Assembly (NCBI GenBank): GCA_964563085.1 | Contig: CAZLVS010000002.1 | Coordinates: 62 to 64,061, forward strand | Reading direction: 5' to 3' | Origin: an uncultured Ignavibacteria bacterium | Lineage (GTDB): Bacteria > Zixibacteria > MSB-5A5 > UM-FILTER-46-8 | Length of the DNA: 64,000 bases | Shown: positions 9,357 to 18,455 of the stretch, in pieces | Numbering within the stretch: the first letter of the stretch is position 1 | Layout: every line of letters begins with the position of its first letter | Notes under the pieces: generated by a model | Told to the model about the DNA's origin: nothing | What the model saw: the letters and a program-made list of their open reading frames with translations, nothing else | The model's database searches: none | Translations under genes and position numbers: made by a program

Positions 9357-11216
9357 ATGAGCGATTCGACATACAATCCGGAATTCTATAGTCAGTTTGC
9401 GGAAAACCTCCGTCACTGCCTTGACGGTCCCAATATTGAGCATGCAAAACTGCGTCACATTAAATCGCGCGCATTGAAAACAGGCTTTAAAACCAAGTAT
9501 GGTTCTTACGTGTGGCGGTCTGCGGTTTCGTCTCGTATTGGTCCCAAAACAGTATATCTGGGAAGTCCTGAAGTTCGTCTGCCGAAATTAACGCCGGTTA
9601 TGCGAAACATCGTTGAAAATGCGCCGGACGAATTGAACAAGGTTTTACACCTGATGCGAACCCTCCCCTTTGTTCATCTTAAGCGGCAGATGGGGAATAA
9701 TGATGAATACAATCCGATAGTTAATCTTTATATGTCTGTCGCCGATGCCAAGAATTACAGATTGGCATACATGTATGGGAATACGATGTTCAAGCCGTCA
9801 GATCGTCCGGGACCGGAATTTACTATGATTCATATCCCCGAAGAGCATCACCTCAGGCAGCAGGTGCTGGCGTTACCGGAATACCATCTTAATATCTGTT
9901 TGGGTTCCGATTATATGGGCGAGGACAAAAAGGGCTTTTTACGACAGGCGATGTGGAGCGCTGACAAACAAGGTATGCTGGGACTGCACGCCGGCACCAA
10001 ACTGGTCTATGTTTATGACGGCAGCGAAAACCGTTTAAAGAGATACGGTGTTTTCCTTTTCGGTCTTTCCGCAACCGGAAAATCTACCTGGTCATGTCAT
10101 CAGCTCGGTCTGGATTTCGACAAGAAAGAACGCACCGAAGCAATACAGGATGATATAGTATTCCTGAAACCGGACGGCTCGGCTTTTGGCTCCGAAGCCA
10201 ACTTTTTCGTTAAAACCGATGTTGATCCCAAGCTCCAGGAAGCGATGTATAACTCACTGGCAGATAAATCCGCATTGATGGAAAACGTAATGGTGGATGC
10301 CGATGGCGCTCCGGATTTTCTCGATGAAACTTTATGCGGCAACGGACGCGCGGTTATTCAAAAGAGCAAGCTGCGCGTGAGACGAGGAAGAAAATTGGTG
10401 AGTATCGAAGGGGATTCGATTAACTTGCCGCCGGTTTCGGAGTTGGATGGATTGATTTTTGCTTTTATTACGCGTAGAAATACGGTGATGTCGTTCGCTC
10501 AGAAATTAACCGCCGATCAGGCTGCTCTGGCGTACCTCTGGGGAGAGTCCAGCCACAGCGCCGCCTCGGAACCGGACAAAGCCGGCGAGTCGGTGCGTAC
10601 TGTGGGCACAGATCCGTTTATCGTTGGTTCACGCGCCCAAAAGGTTAATCGTTTCTATGAGATTATCAAGGGGCTGGAAGCGCGTTTCCCCGGCAAGGTT
10701 CATTTCCGTCAGTACAACACGGGAGGCGTGGGGGAGATTCTAAAAAAGTATCAGGAAGATGGTACTACTAAGAAAAAGCTGGTGCGCAAAGTAACCCGGG
10801 TACCGATCGATCTGATGGCTGCGATTCAGCGCGGGGATCTGCGGGGAACCAACAGCTACGCTCCCGGTGTTTTCGGCACCGAGGATATCGTATCCTGCGC
10901 TGATGGCGACTTATCACCCTATGATCCATTCAAAATGTATTCAAAAGAGGAAATTCAGGCATACGTGGATGATATCGTGGAAGGGCGGCGACGTTTCACA
11001 GAAGAAATCGCCGAGGAGGGGTTAAAGCCCGAAATAATGAAGATTGCGGAGGAAACCTTCTCGATTAGTTCGAAATATCAAAAGTCGTCGAAAGTCAGGG
11101 TACCCGAAATGCCAAAGGAGGAAAGGAAGGATAGGACTCCCGCTTTTGTCTCAACATCGCTGCCTCCCTCGATATTTAAGGAACCCAAAAGCAGACCTAA
11201 GCGGTGGAGAGCATAG
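9357..11216 (+). CDS. phosphoenolpyruvate carboxykinase (ATP)-like protein, divergent, with ~100-aa charged C-terminal extension
   Basis: Kinase-1a P-loop FLFGLSATGKST (cf. GLSGTGKTT of ATP-PEPCK). Downstream DD-containing segment (AIQDDIVFLKPDGSAFGSEANFFVKTD…LMENVMVDADG) is collinear with E. coli PckA ([24 protein letters not shown]…LLENVTVREDG). Tail is K/E/R-rich (…KSRPKRWRA). Confidence 0.55.
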   Translation: MSDSTYNPEFYSQFAENLRHCLDGPNIEHAKLRHIKSRALKTGFKTKYGSYVWRSAVSSRIGPKTVYLGSPEVRLPKLTPVMRNIVENAPDELNKVLHLMRTLPFVHLKRQMGNNDEYNPIVNLYMSVADAKNYRLAYMYGNTMFKPSDRPGPEFTMIHIPEEHHLRQQVLALPEYHLNICLGSDYMGEDKKGFLRQAMWSADKQGMLGLHAGTKLVYVYDGSENRLKRYGVFLFGLSATGKSTWSCHQLGLDFDKKERTEAIQDDIVFLKPDGSAFGSEANFFVKTDVDPKLQEAMYNSLADKSALMENVMVDADGAPDFLDETLCGNGRAVIQKSKLRVRRGRKLVSIEGDSINLPPVSELDGLIFAFITRRNTVMSFAQKLTADQAALAYLWGESSHSAASEPDKAGESVRTVGTDPFIVGSRAQKVNRFYEIIKGLEARFPGKVHFRQYNTGGVGEILKKYQEDGTTKKKLVRKVTRVPIDLMAAIQRGDLRGTNSYAPGVFGTEDIVSCADGDLSPYDPFKMYSKEEIQAYVDDIVEGRRRFTEEIAEEGLKPEIMKIAEETFSISSKYQKSSKVRVPEMPKEERKDRTPAFVSTSLPPSIFKEPKSRPKRWRA

Positions 11217-11236
11217 GCTGATATAACAGAACGAAA

Positions 11237-12400
11237 TTGAATTTCATTCAGGAGATTCCAATAAAGGCTAAATTAAAAAACCTTTATCACAAGATCCCTG
11301 CATCCCTTCTTTTTCCTATACATCTATTTATTATTACAAGAATGGCGCTGACTATTATCGGGGTGGGCGCTGTGAGATATACCGGGACTTTCTTCGGCCG
11401 TGACATCACCGGGAAGTTCTCCGAACACCTCTGGCTGGATATCTGGGGACAATGGGATACCGGATGGTACTTAGATATCGCAGTTAACGGATATTCCACT
11501 AACATACTGACCGATCCGGGTATGGTTGGACAAGCCAACTATGCTTTCTTCCCTTTGTACCCGATGTTAATCAGAGTAATCGGATGGCTAACAGGGAATT
11601 ACTTCATTATCGGACTGCTCCTCTCCAATGCGTTTCTGATTTTCGCATCCATTTACCTGTACAAAATGGTGAGGTCTCATTACGATGAAGATATGGCGAA
11701 GAAAACCATCAGATATCTATTTATTTTCCCCACCTCTTTTGTTTTATCCGGAGTTCTCACTGAATCGGTGTTTTTATTACTTGTTGTTTTGTGCTTCTTT
11801 TTTGCAGATAGGAGAAATTGGCTGCTCGTTGGAGCGCTGGGATTGCTATTATCACTGACCAGGAGTATCGGTGTAGTCGTGTCAATCCCGTTATTCTATA
11901 TGTATATCAAGTCTATTAGTTTTGATTTCAAACGTATTGACTACAAAATTCTCTACTTCGCTGTCTTCCCCCTGGGATTGGGGATGTTTATGCTGCATAA
12001 TTATTATCTCACAGGAGATTTATTAGCCTTTGTTCATATTCAAGCCGCCTGGGAAAGGGAGCTTTCGAACCCGGTGTCAGTTCTCTGGAATAGCCTATTT
12101 CATGAAAGGTTCTATCATGCCGCTTTTGCAATTATGTCTATCGTAATATTGGCTATAATACTATTTTGGCGAAAAGCGATTGAATTTCCATATTTAATAT
12201 ACTCGCTTCTGGTGTTACTTGTACCTCTCAGTTCATCTATTCTCAGTATGCCCCGCTTTATGGTGGTTGCATTTCCATTATATATAATTTTCGCACGCTG
12301 GTCGGAGAATTCGTTTTATGACCGGGCGCTCACAGTAACTTTCGCCATGTTTCAAGGCTTTCTGATGACTATGTGGGCTAACGGTATGCTGCTGATATGA
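11237..12400 (+). CDS. polytopic membrane protein, GT-C-like glycosyltransferase candidate (DUF2029/PMT-like)
   Basis: About 10 TM helices with FPLYP motif and periplasmic loops reminiscent of GT-C mannosyltransferase-like proteins. TTG start without clear RBS; assignment tentative. Confidence 0.4.
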   Translation: MNFIQEIPIKAKLKNLYHKIPASLLFPIHLFIITRMALTIIGVGAVRYTGTFFGRDITGKFSEHLWLDIWGQWDTGWYLDIAVNGYSTNILTDPGMVGQANYAFFPLYPMLIRVIGWLTGNYFIIGLLLSNAFLIFASIYLYKMVRSHYDEDMAKKTIRYLFIFPTSFVLSGVLTESVFLLLVVLCFFFADRRNWLLVGALGLLLSLTRSIGVVVSIPLFYMYIKSISFDFKRIDYKILYFAVFPLGLGMFMLHNYYLTGDLLAFVHIQAAWERELSNPVSVLWNSLFHERFYHAAFAIMSIVILAIILFWRKAIEFPYLIYSLLVLLVPLSSSILSMPRFMVVAFPLYIIFARWSENSFYDRALTVTFAMFQGFLMTMWANGMLLI

Positions 12401-12503
12401 TCTTTTAATAATTTTATCCCGCCGCTTCGTCCGCATCGAACTCTACACACCGTCCTTCCGCAATCCTATTCAGGAAATTGAAATAACTGAGGATCATATT
12501 TGT

Positions 12504-12663
12504 CCTGTATTGTTCATAAATTTCTTTATTGGTAGCGGAAGACTTGCGCTTCCGGCGTTTCTCTGAGAAACTCTATTCCAATCCGTAAATGACCTGCTTC
12601 TATTAAGCTCCCGAAGGACAAGCCTTCGGCTACGGATTAATGGGTTTTATGAATTATCCGGGT
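12504..12663 (+). repeat. ~155-bp intergenic repeat element, copy 3
   Basis: cctgtattgttcataaa…ggtagcggaagacttgcgcttccggcg…ctcccgaaggacaagccttcggctacggattaatgggttttatgaattatccggg. Confidence 0.8.
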
Positions 12664-12837
12664 TAACTTGCAGCCGAAGGCGGAGAGATAAGCATGTTTC
12701 TTTTAGCCCTCATCCCCTTGCCCCTTCTCCCAATAAATGGGAGAAGGGGAATTGAGCGGATATCTTGTATTCACTATAATCATTTTATTCTTTCCTTATC
12801 CCTCTCCCGTTCAGCGGGAGAGGGCGCCTTGACGAAT

Positions 12838-13576
12838 TCAAGGCGGGTGAAGGAAATATCGACGCGCCAAATCGAGCGACCCTGGCTTCGCCTCTCTGTA
12901 TGACACTTGCATGCTTATCCCGCCATCAGCGGTCGCCTGTATGGAATTTGCCTTATCAAATCCTGGTTCTTCGTAAGTTCGCATCCAGATTACCTCTCCG
13001 CTGATATCTGTCTTCAGAACAAACCAGTCATCATCGCTGCCATAAGACTCGGACAATCCCGCCAAAACAAAAAACGTTGTCATTCCCTATTGCCCATGAT
13101 TGTGCACCGTCGTACAATTCTCCCCCATAAGTTTCGCCCCGCAAAGAATCTCCGTCCAAACTAATATTGACCAGCCAGGCATCATCCTCTGCTTCCGCGG
13201 AAACCTGCGTATAGCCGGATGCCGCATATAAGTCGTTGTACTGATGAATCGAGGTGATGGTATGATAGGTTTCACCTCCAAAGAGCGAGGTCCATATTGT
13301 ACCTCCCTCACAATCGGTTTTTACGATATAAGCGTCGATGAGAGTATTGCTTTGCATTAAACCCGCGAGAACATAATAGCCATCATCGGTGATGATCATA
13401 TCATTCGCTGCGGTTCCGTGTTCTCCGCCGTATGTTCTGGTCCAAAGCGTATCCGATTGAGCTATAGCTTGAGCGCTAAGGGCAATGAATGCCACTCCTA
13501 TTAAGAGATATCTGGTTATGCTTTTAAAAATTTTCATCTCGACGCCTGAGCTGACATTATAACCATATATAACCAA
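12838..13576 (-). pseudogene. secreted beta-propeller-repeat protein, reading frame interrupted at an A6/T6 homopolymer (frameshift or sequencing error)
   Basis: 181-aa ORF (signal peptide MKIFKSITRYLLIGVAFIALSAQAIAQ, repeats …DGYYVLAGLMQSN…IVKTD.EGGTIW…) continues in another frame as …FFVLAGLSESYGSDDDWFVLKTDISGEVIW… The frame switch sits at the run ccaaaacaaaaaacg (13066-13076). Confidence 0.45.
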
Positions 13577-13764
13577 TTATGCAAGGAACATACGCATTAC
13601 ACAATTAATGTAACCATCAATATGACAATCGATTATCGGACATTCGGGGTTTGTGACATTTTTCACTTGACAAACTTAATATTATCATTTTACTATACTT
13701 ATAGTAAATTGATAAGGTTAGTAATGTTCTAACCGATTTTTGGAATGGTAGGAAAACATCGAGG

Positions 13765-13812
13765 GACAAGAATGTCCCCCCTACCTGAGACAGTAGAGCC
13801 GACATTCTTGTC
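13765..13812. promoter_or_regulatory. 12-bp perfect inverted repeat gacaagaatgtc…gacattcttgtc upstream of Rrf2 operon
   Basis: Seen directly: 13765-13776 and 13801-13812, separated by 24 nt, ~160 bp upstream of the Rrf2 start. Candidate operator or RNA hairpin. Confidence 0.3.
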
Positions 13813-13968
13813 GGCGGATTAAGGTTTGATAAGTAATGCAGGCCGGGTTCCAAAGTTGTGCTCAGCGCAGCCCAGAAATGAGACAACCTTTACCGAAGGA
13901 TACTTCGTTCGTTGGATACCGAGGGACAAACCTTCGGCTGCCATTGTGGATTGGATGAGTCTTAAGAT

Positions 13969-14490
13969 ATGAAAATTTCAACCAGAGCGCGATACGGACT
14001 GAGGATGGTTATTGAGTTAGCGCGTGAACTCAAAAAAAACGATCTTGTTCATTTGGGAAAAATCGCCCAAATAACGGGATTATCCGAAAACTATCTGGCG
14101 CAACTCGCCATTCCGTTGAAAAACAGCGGATTGCTGATAGGCGTTTCCGGTAAAAAGGGCGGTTATCACCTTGCCCGTCCGCCGGAAAATATAACGGTAG
14201 GGGATGTAGTAAATGCGGTTATCGGACCGGCTACACTCACCGATTGCGTGAGTCATCCCGATGTATGCCTTAATTCCAGTTTCTGCGAAGCGCGAATAAT
14301 CTGGACAATCCTCAGCGGCAGAATATCGCAAACGCTGGAGGAATATACTATCGCGGATTTGATAGACAAAGATACGGTTTCTAACATAAAAAGGGAGTAT
14401 TCGGATATGCCGCTGATCGACCCGGACCAGGTTATGTCGGAGGAAATCGACAGTGGTGCCCCCGGTAGTCCAACGAAAACAATTAAGTAG
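13969..14490 (+). CDS. Rrf2 family transcriptional regulator (IscR/NsrR-like, Cys-cluster present)
   Basis: N-terminal wHTH MKISTRARYGLRMVIELA… typical of Rrf2. Three-Cys cluster CVSHPDVCLNSSFC suggests Fe-S ligation. Confidence 0.8.
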   Translation: MKISTRARYGLRMVIELARELKKNDLVHLGKIAQITGLSENYLAQLAIPLKNSGLLIGVSGKKGGYHLARPPENITVGDVVNAVIGPATLTDCVSHPDVCLNSSFCEARIIWTILSGRISQTLEEYTIADLIDKDTVSNIKREYSDMPLIDPDQVMSEEIDSGAPGSPTKTIK

Positions 14491-14511
14491 TTAAAATATA
14501 AGGATCAGTTT

Positions 14512-15441
14512 ATGGGTGTCATACAAATTATAACTTATATCTCCGTAATTGTCGCCTTTGTAGCTATGGCGGCGAAAGCGTTGCGCTACATGAAAGCCCC
14601 GGTTCATTTCCGCTGGGAGCTTTATCCGGTTCCGCACGAAAGAGGGCGCGCCGATTACGGCGGTTCTTACCTCGAAGAACTCGACTGGTGGACGAAGGAA
14701 CGTCATTCCGATATCTTCAGGGAAATTAAAGAGATGTTCCGGGAGATTGTATTTCTGAAAGGCGTTTTTCATCACAATCGACGAGTATGGACATCTTCAT
14801 TCCCGTTCCATTTCGGATTGTATCTGACGATAGGATGGCTCTGCTTGCTGCTTCTGGGAGCTATCCTGCAGATTGCGGATGTGGAAATATCCTCCGGCGC
14901 TTCATTTATAGGCGCGTTAATCCATTATTTGACAATGATATGTGGATATGCGGGATTTGTGCTGGCAGGTATTGGCGCTTTCGGACTGCTGATTTGGCGA
15001 CTTACCGATCCCAAACAGCGACCATATAATTCGCCATCGGATTATTTTAACCTGATCTTTTTCGATGTCGTGATAGTGGTGGCATTGATATCGCATCTGA
15101 CGATGGATTCAGAGTTTGTTGCCATGCGAGGCTATGTGCAATCGCTGATTACATTTACATCCTTCAGCTCTCCGGGCGCTATTTTTTCGCTGGAACTTAT
15201 CATAATGTCGCTGCTAATAATGTATATACCGTTGACACGAATGTCTCATTTTGTTGCCAAGTATTTCCTCTATCATTCGGTACGATGGAATGATGAACCT
15301 AACTTCAAGGGGAGCAAGTTGGAGAAAAATATTATGAAGATGCTAAACAATAGAGTTAGCTGGAGCGCTCCCCATATACAGAAAGGACAACCGTGGTCAG
15401 AAGTGGTTAAGGAGATGAAAGATGACTCAGAAACAGACTAA
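14512..15441 (+). CDS. NarI/DsrM/HdrE-like membrane-bound b-type cytochrome subunit
   Basis: Five or six TM helices with conserved His residues inside helices (HFGLY, IHYLTM, ISHLTMD, MSHFV). Overlaps and is co-oriented with the CCG-domain Fe-S protein. Confidence 0.55.
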   Translation: MGVIQIITYISVIVAFVAMAAKALRYMKAPVHFRWELYPVPHERGRADYGGSYLEELDWWTKERHSDIFREIKEMFREIVFLKGVFHHNRRVWTSSFPFHFGLYLTIGWLCLLLLGAILQIADVEISSGASFIGALIHYLTMICGYAGFVLAGIGAFGLLIWRLTDPKQRPYNSPSDYFNLIFFDVVIVVALISHLTMDSEFVAMRGYVQSLITFTSFSSPGAIFSLELIIMSLLIMYIPLTRMSHFVAKYFLYHSVRWNDEPNFKGSKLEKNIMKMLNNRVSWSAPHIQKGQPWSEVVKEMKDDSETD

Positions 15442-17032
15442 GATAAAAGACCTAAGCAATAACAAAGACCAGCTTCATGTAGTAGAACCAAAAGAGCTGC
15501 CGAAATTCCCATATCCTTACGAAGACTGGGAAGATCCTCCTTTTCCGGAGGTCAGCGAGGCGAAGAAAGCTACCAAAGACACTTCTCTCGACGGCGTCCT
15601 GAACGTTCCGGTGCCGATTCCGGAGACCGAAGAAGAAAAGGAAAAATTGGTTGCGAAGTTTTTGGAGGGCTTGCGCAAGCTCCTTTCGGTCGAGGATAAC
15701 TGGATGTTCCTCAAGCCGCTGATGCTTTCTTTGGAAAATTGCGTAAAGTGCAACACATGCGCCGAAGCCTGCCCGATGTATGAAATGAGCGGGCGCGCTG
15801 AGATTTATAAGCCCCTATTTCGTTCCGATGTACTTCGCAGGGTTATCAATAAGTATATTAAACCGGGCGGCAAAATTACGGCAAAATTCACCGGTTCCGA
15901 TATAGATTTGAACTGGGAAACAGTCGCCCGCCTGGCTCAGATGTCATACCGCTGCACCCTCTGCAGAAGGTGCGCGCAGACCTGTCCGATGGGCGTCGAT
16001 AACGGACTATTAGCAAGAGAAATCCGCAAAGTTTTCAGCCAGGAGCTCGGTATCGCCGCTAGCGAACTTCATGAAGACGGCACCGTCAAGCAGCTTAAGG
16101 TCGGTTCATCAACCGGAATATCGCCAACCGCATTGATGGATATCTTCGAATTTATGGAAGAAGATATCACCGACCGCACCGGACTAAATATTAAAATGCC
16201 GTTTGATAAATCAGGCGCGGATATCCTTCTGGTGCATAACGCCGGCGAGTTCCTTTCCTGGCCCGAGAATGCGGAGGCATTCGCTATCATTTTCGAAGCC
16301 GCCGGTTTAAGCTGGACACTTTCCAGCGACCTGGTCGGTTACGACTCGGTTAACTACGGGCTTTTTTACGAAGATGTCCAGTTGGCGCGCGTTACTCTCA
16401 AGCATGCTGAGATAGCCAAGAAGCTGGGTGTAAAAAAGGTCGTCATGGCGGAATGCGGCCATGCTCACAAAGCGGCGATGGCGATCGGCGACCGGGTATG
16501 GGTGGACGAAGCCAATATCCCGCGCGAATCAAGTCTGGTGACACTGGAACAGATCGTTACGAACGATATGATCAAGCTCGATCCGGAACGCAACCAGTTC
16601 CCGGTTACCCTGCATGATCCCTGCAACGTGACCCGTTCCATGGGGATTATTCAACCGCAGAGACGAGTGATCAAAAAGATTTGCCCGCAGTTCCGGGAGA
16701 TGACCCCTCATGGCGTAAACAACTACTGCTGCGGCGGCGGAAGCGGATTCGCCATTATGCAGTCTAACAACTTCCCGAACTGGCGCAACCTAATCTCCGG
16801 GCGGAAAAAATTCGACCAGATATTAAGGGCATTCACCCGCGAGGAATACGACAACAAGGTGAATAAGTATGTTTGCGCTCCTTGTTCGAACTGCAAGGGA
16901 CAGATTAGAGACCTGCTGACATATTACGATGCCTGGGAAAGAGCACAGATAATGTATGGCGGCTTGGTAGAGCTAATTGTAAATGCCATGACCGATGTCC
17001 CCGAAGGTTTCATCGAGTGGGAACTGCATTAG
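15422..17032 (+). CDS. DsrK/HdrD-like iron-sulfur oxidoreductase (two 4Fe-4S ferredoxin motifs + two CCG cysteine-rich domains)
   Basis: CNTCAEACP and CRRCAQTCP ferredoxin motifs; later CGHAHK…HDPCNV…CCGGGSGF and CAPCSNCKGQ cysteine clusters characteristic of HdrD/DsrK/GlpC CCG domains. Confidence 0.7.
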   Translation: MTQKQTKIKDLSNNKDQLHVVEPKELPKFPYPYEDWEDPPFPEVSEAKKATKDTSLDGVLNVPVPIPETEEEKEKLVAKFLEGLRKLLSVEDNWMFLKPLMLSLENCVKCNTCAEACPMYEMSGRAEIYKPLFRSDVLRRVINKYIKPGGKITAKFTGSDIDLNWETVARLAQMSYRCTLCRRCAQTCPMGVDNGLLAREIRKVFSQELGIAASELHEDGTVKQLKVGSSTGISPTALMDIFEFMEEDITDRTGLNIKMPFDKSGADILLVHNAGEFLSWPENAEAFAIIFEAAGLSWTLSSDLVGYDSVNYGLFYEDVQLARVTLKHAEIAKKLGVKKVVMAECGHAHKAAMAIGDRVWVDEANIPRESSLVTLEQIVTNDMIKLDPERNQFPVTLHDPCNVTRSMGIIQPQRRVIKKICPQFREMTPHGVNNYCCGGGSGFAIMQSNNFPNWRNLISGRKKFDQILRAFTREEYDNKVNKYVCAPCSNCKGQIRDLLTYYDAWERAQIMYGGLVELIVNAMTDVPEGFIEWELH

Positions 17033-17061
17033 CTCCGAAGCGTCAAATTTACAGTACGTAG

Positions 17062-17084
17062 CCGAGGGCTTGCCCCTCGGTTTT
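17062..17084 (+). terminator. rho-independent terminator hairpin (ccgagggcttgcccctcgg + TTTT)
   Basis: 8-bp GC-rich stem followed by T-run immediately after the DsrK-like stop. Confidence 0.6.
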
Positions 17085-17096
17085 ATTATTATACGT

Positions 17097-17125
17097 AGGG
17101 GCAGGTTTCACCCCTGCCCCTTTTT
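17097..17125 (+). terminator. second GC-rich hairpin (aggggcagg…cctgcccct + TTTTT), possibly bidirectional with the convergent minus-strand ORF
   Basis: Stem ggggcagg/cctgcccc, loop tttcac, T5 run. Confidence 0.5.
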
Positions 17126-17178
17126 ACTTTTACTCTGACTATCGAGAGTGTTTTGTAGTATAGAATTTCATGAAGAAA

Positions 17179-17430
17179 TTACTTCAGCAGTATCATTCTT
17201 TTAACGAATTTCGAGTCTCCGGCGGTCATTCTATAGAAGTAAATTCCGCTGGCGAAGTTGGAAGCGTCCCAAGTTAATTTATGATACCCAGCTTCCTGTT
17301 GCGAACTAACCAATGTAGCTACCTTTCTACCTAAGATGTTGAACACATCCAGCCTAACATAGCTCTCCTCAGGTAACTGATATGAAATGGACGTTACGGC
17401 ATTAAAGGGATTAGGATAGTTATAATTCAT
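17179..17430 (-). pseudogene. orphan T9SS C-terminal sorting domain (gene remnant, 83 aa)
   Basis: ORF consists solely of MNYNYPNPFNAVTSISYQLPEESYVRLDVFNILGRKVATLV…SGIYFYRMTAGDSKFVKRMILLK. There is an in-frame stop 10 codons upstream of the Met and no cargo domain. Confidence 0.5.
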
Positions 17431-17696
17431 CGAAAATTCAGTTGGTAGCGACTGGTCTTATTAAACCTTCCCCCTTTCCGAATCCGATATAAATTTTACT
17501 GCTGTAATTCATTAAACCCCGGACATTAGAAGTACATGATTATATTTCTGTATATCTATAATAAATATTTTAAAGCATGTCGAGGGTTAGCCTGATTGCA
17601 TACTTGATACTCCTTTTCCCTTGCTAAAAAGTGAGCGTTATAGTAAAATTACCTGTTGTGCTGTATTCTATGGAGTTGACATTATAATTCGATGAT

Positions 17697-18455
17697 ATGG
17701 GCGAAATAATAGCGATAACTAACCAGAAAGGCGGCGTGGGGAAGACCACCACAGCCATTAATCTCTCCGCATGTCTTGCTGTGGCGGAGAAGAAAACATT
17801 GCTCATCGATATAGATCCGCAGGCTAACACTACCAGCGGGGTCGGATTTCCGCGGGAGGATATCGATTATTGTATCTACGAATGCCTGATTGACGGAGTT
17901 GGAACAGATGAGGTTATCAAGCCAACATCAACACCGAATCTCTCCTTGATACCCTCGCACATCAAGCTGGTTGGCGCTGAGATAGAGCTGGTCAATATGC
18001 CGCGACGGGAGAAGGTGCTTCATTCACGGCTCTCCGAGGTCAAGGACGATTACGATTATATCATAATCGACTGCCCCCCTTCGCTTGGATTGCTTACTTT
18101 AAATACGCTTACCGCCGCCGATTCAGCATTGATACCTATCCAATGTGAATATTACGCATTAGAGGGATTGGGACAGCTTATTAATACTATAAATCTGGTT
18201 AAAAAGAATTTAAATCCGAAACTTAAGATAAAAGGCGTGGTATTAACCATGTACGATTCCCGTCTTCGCCTTGCCAAGCAGGTTGCCGAAGAGGCTCGGG
18301 AATTCTTCGGAAGCAAAGTATATGATTCGGTTATAAATCGAAACGTGCGGCTGTCGGAAGCGCCCAGTTACGGACAGCCGATAATTATGTATGATATTCT
18401 TTCGACGGGTGCTGAGAACTACAGTCAACTGGCTAAGGAGATAATGGAGAAATGA
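17697..18455 (+). CDS. parA: chromosome partitioning ATPase ParA/Soj
   Basis: Deviant Walker A KGGVGKTTTAINL. Length and order immediately upstream of ParB. Confidence 0.9.
   Translation: MGEIIAITNQKGGVGKTTTAINLSACLAVAEKKTLLIDIDPQANTTSGVGFPREDIDYCIYECLIDGVGTDEVIKPTSTPNLSLIPSHIKLVGAEIELVNMPRREKVLHSRLSEVKDDYDYIIIDCPPSLGLLTLNTLTAADSALIPIQCEYYALEGLGQLINTINLVKKNLNPKLKIKGVVLTMYDSRLRLAKQVAEEAREFFGSKVYDSVINRNVRLSEAPSYGQPIIMYDILSTGAENYSQLAKEIMEK

Noticed and set aside
12694-13164. Small ORFs (69-85 aa) around the frameshifted beta-propeller gene
   Set aside because: They overlap the repeat element tail or lie antisense to the secreted-protein gene. They have no independent support.
17440-17700. parS site upstream of parA
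   Set aside because: No match to the tGTTTCACGTGAAACa palindrome or a close variant. The gtttcac at 17106 is part of a terminator stem.
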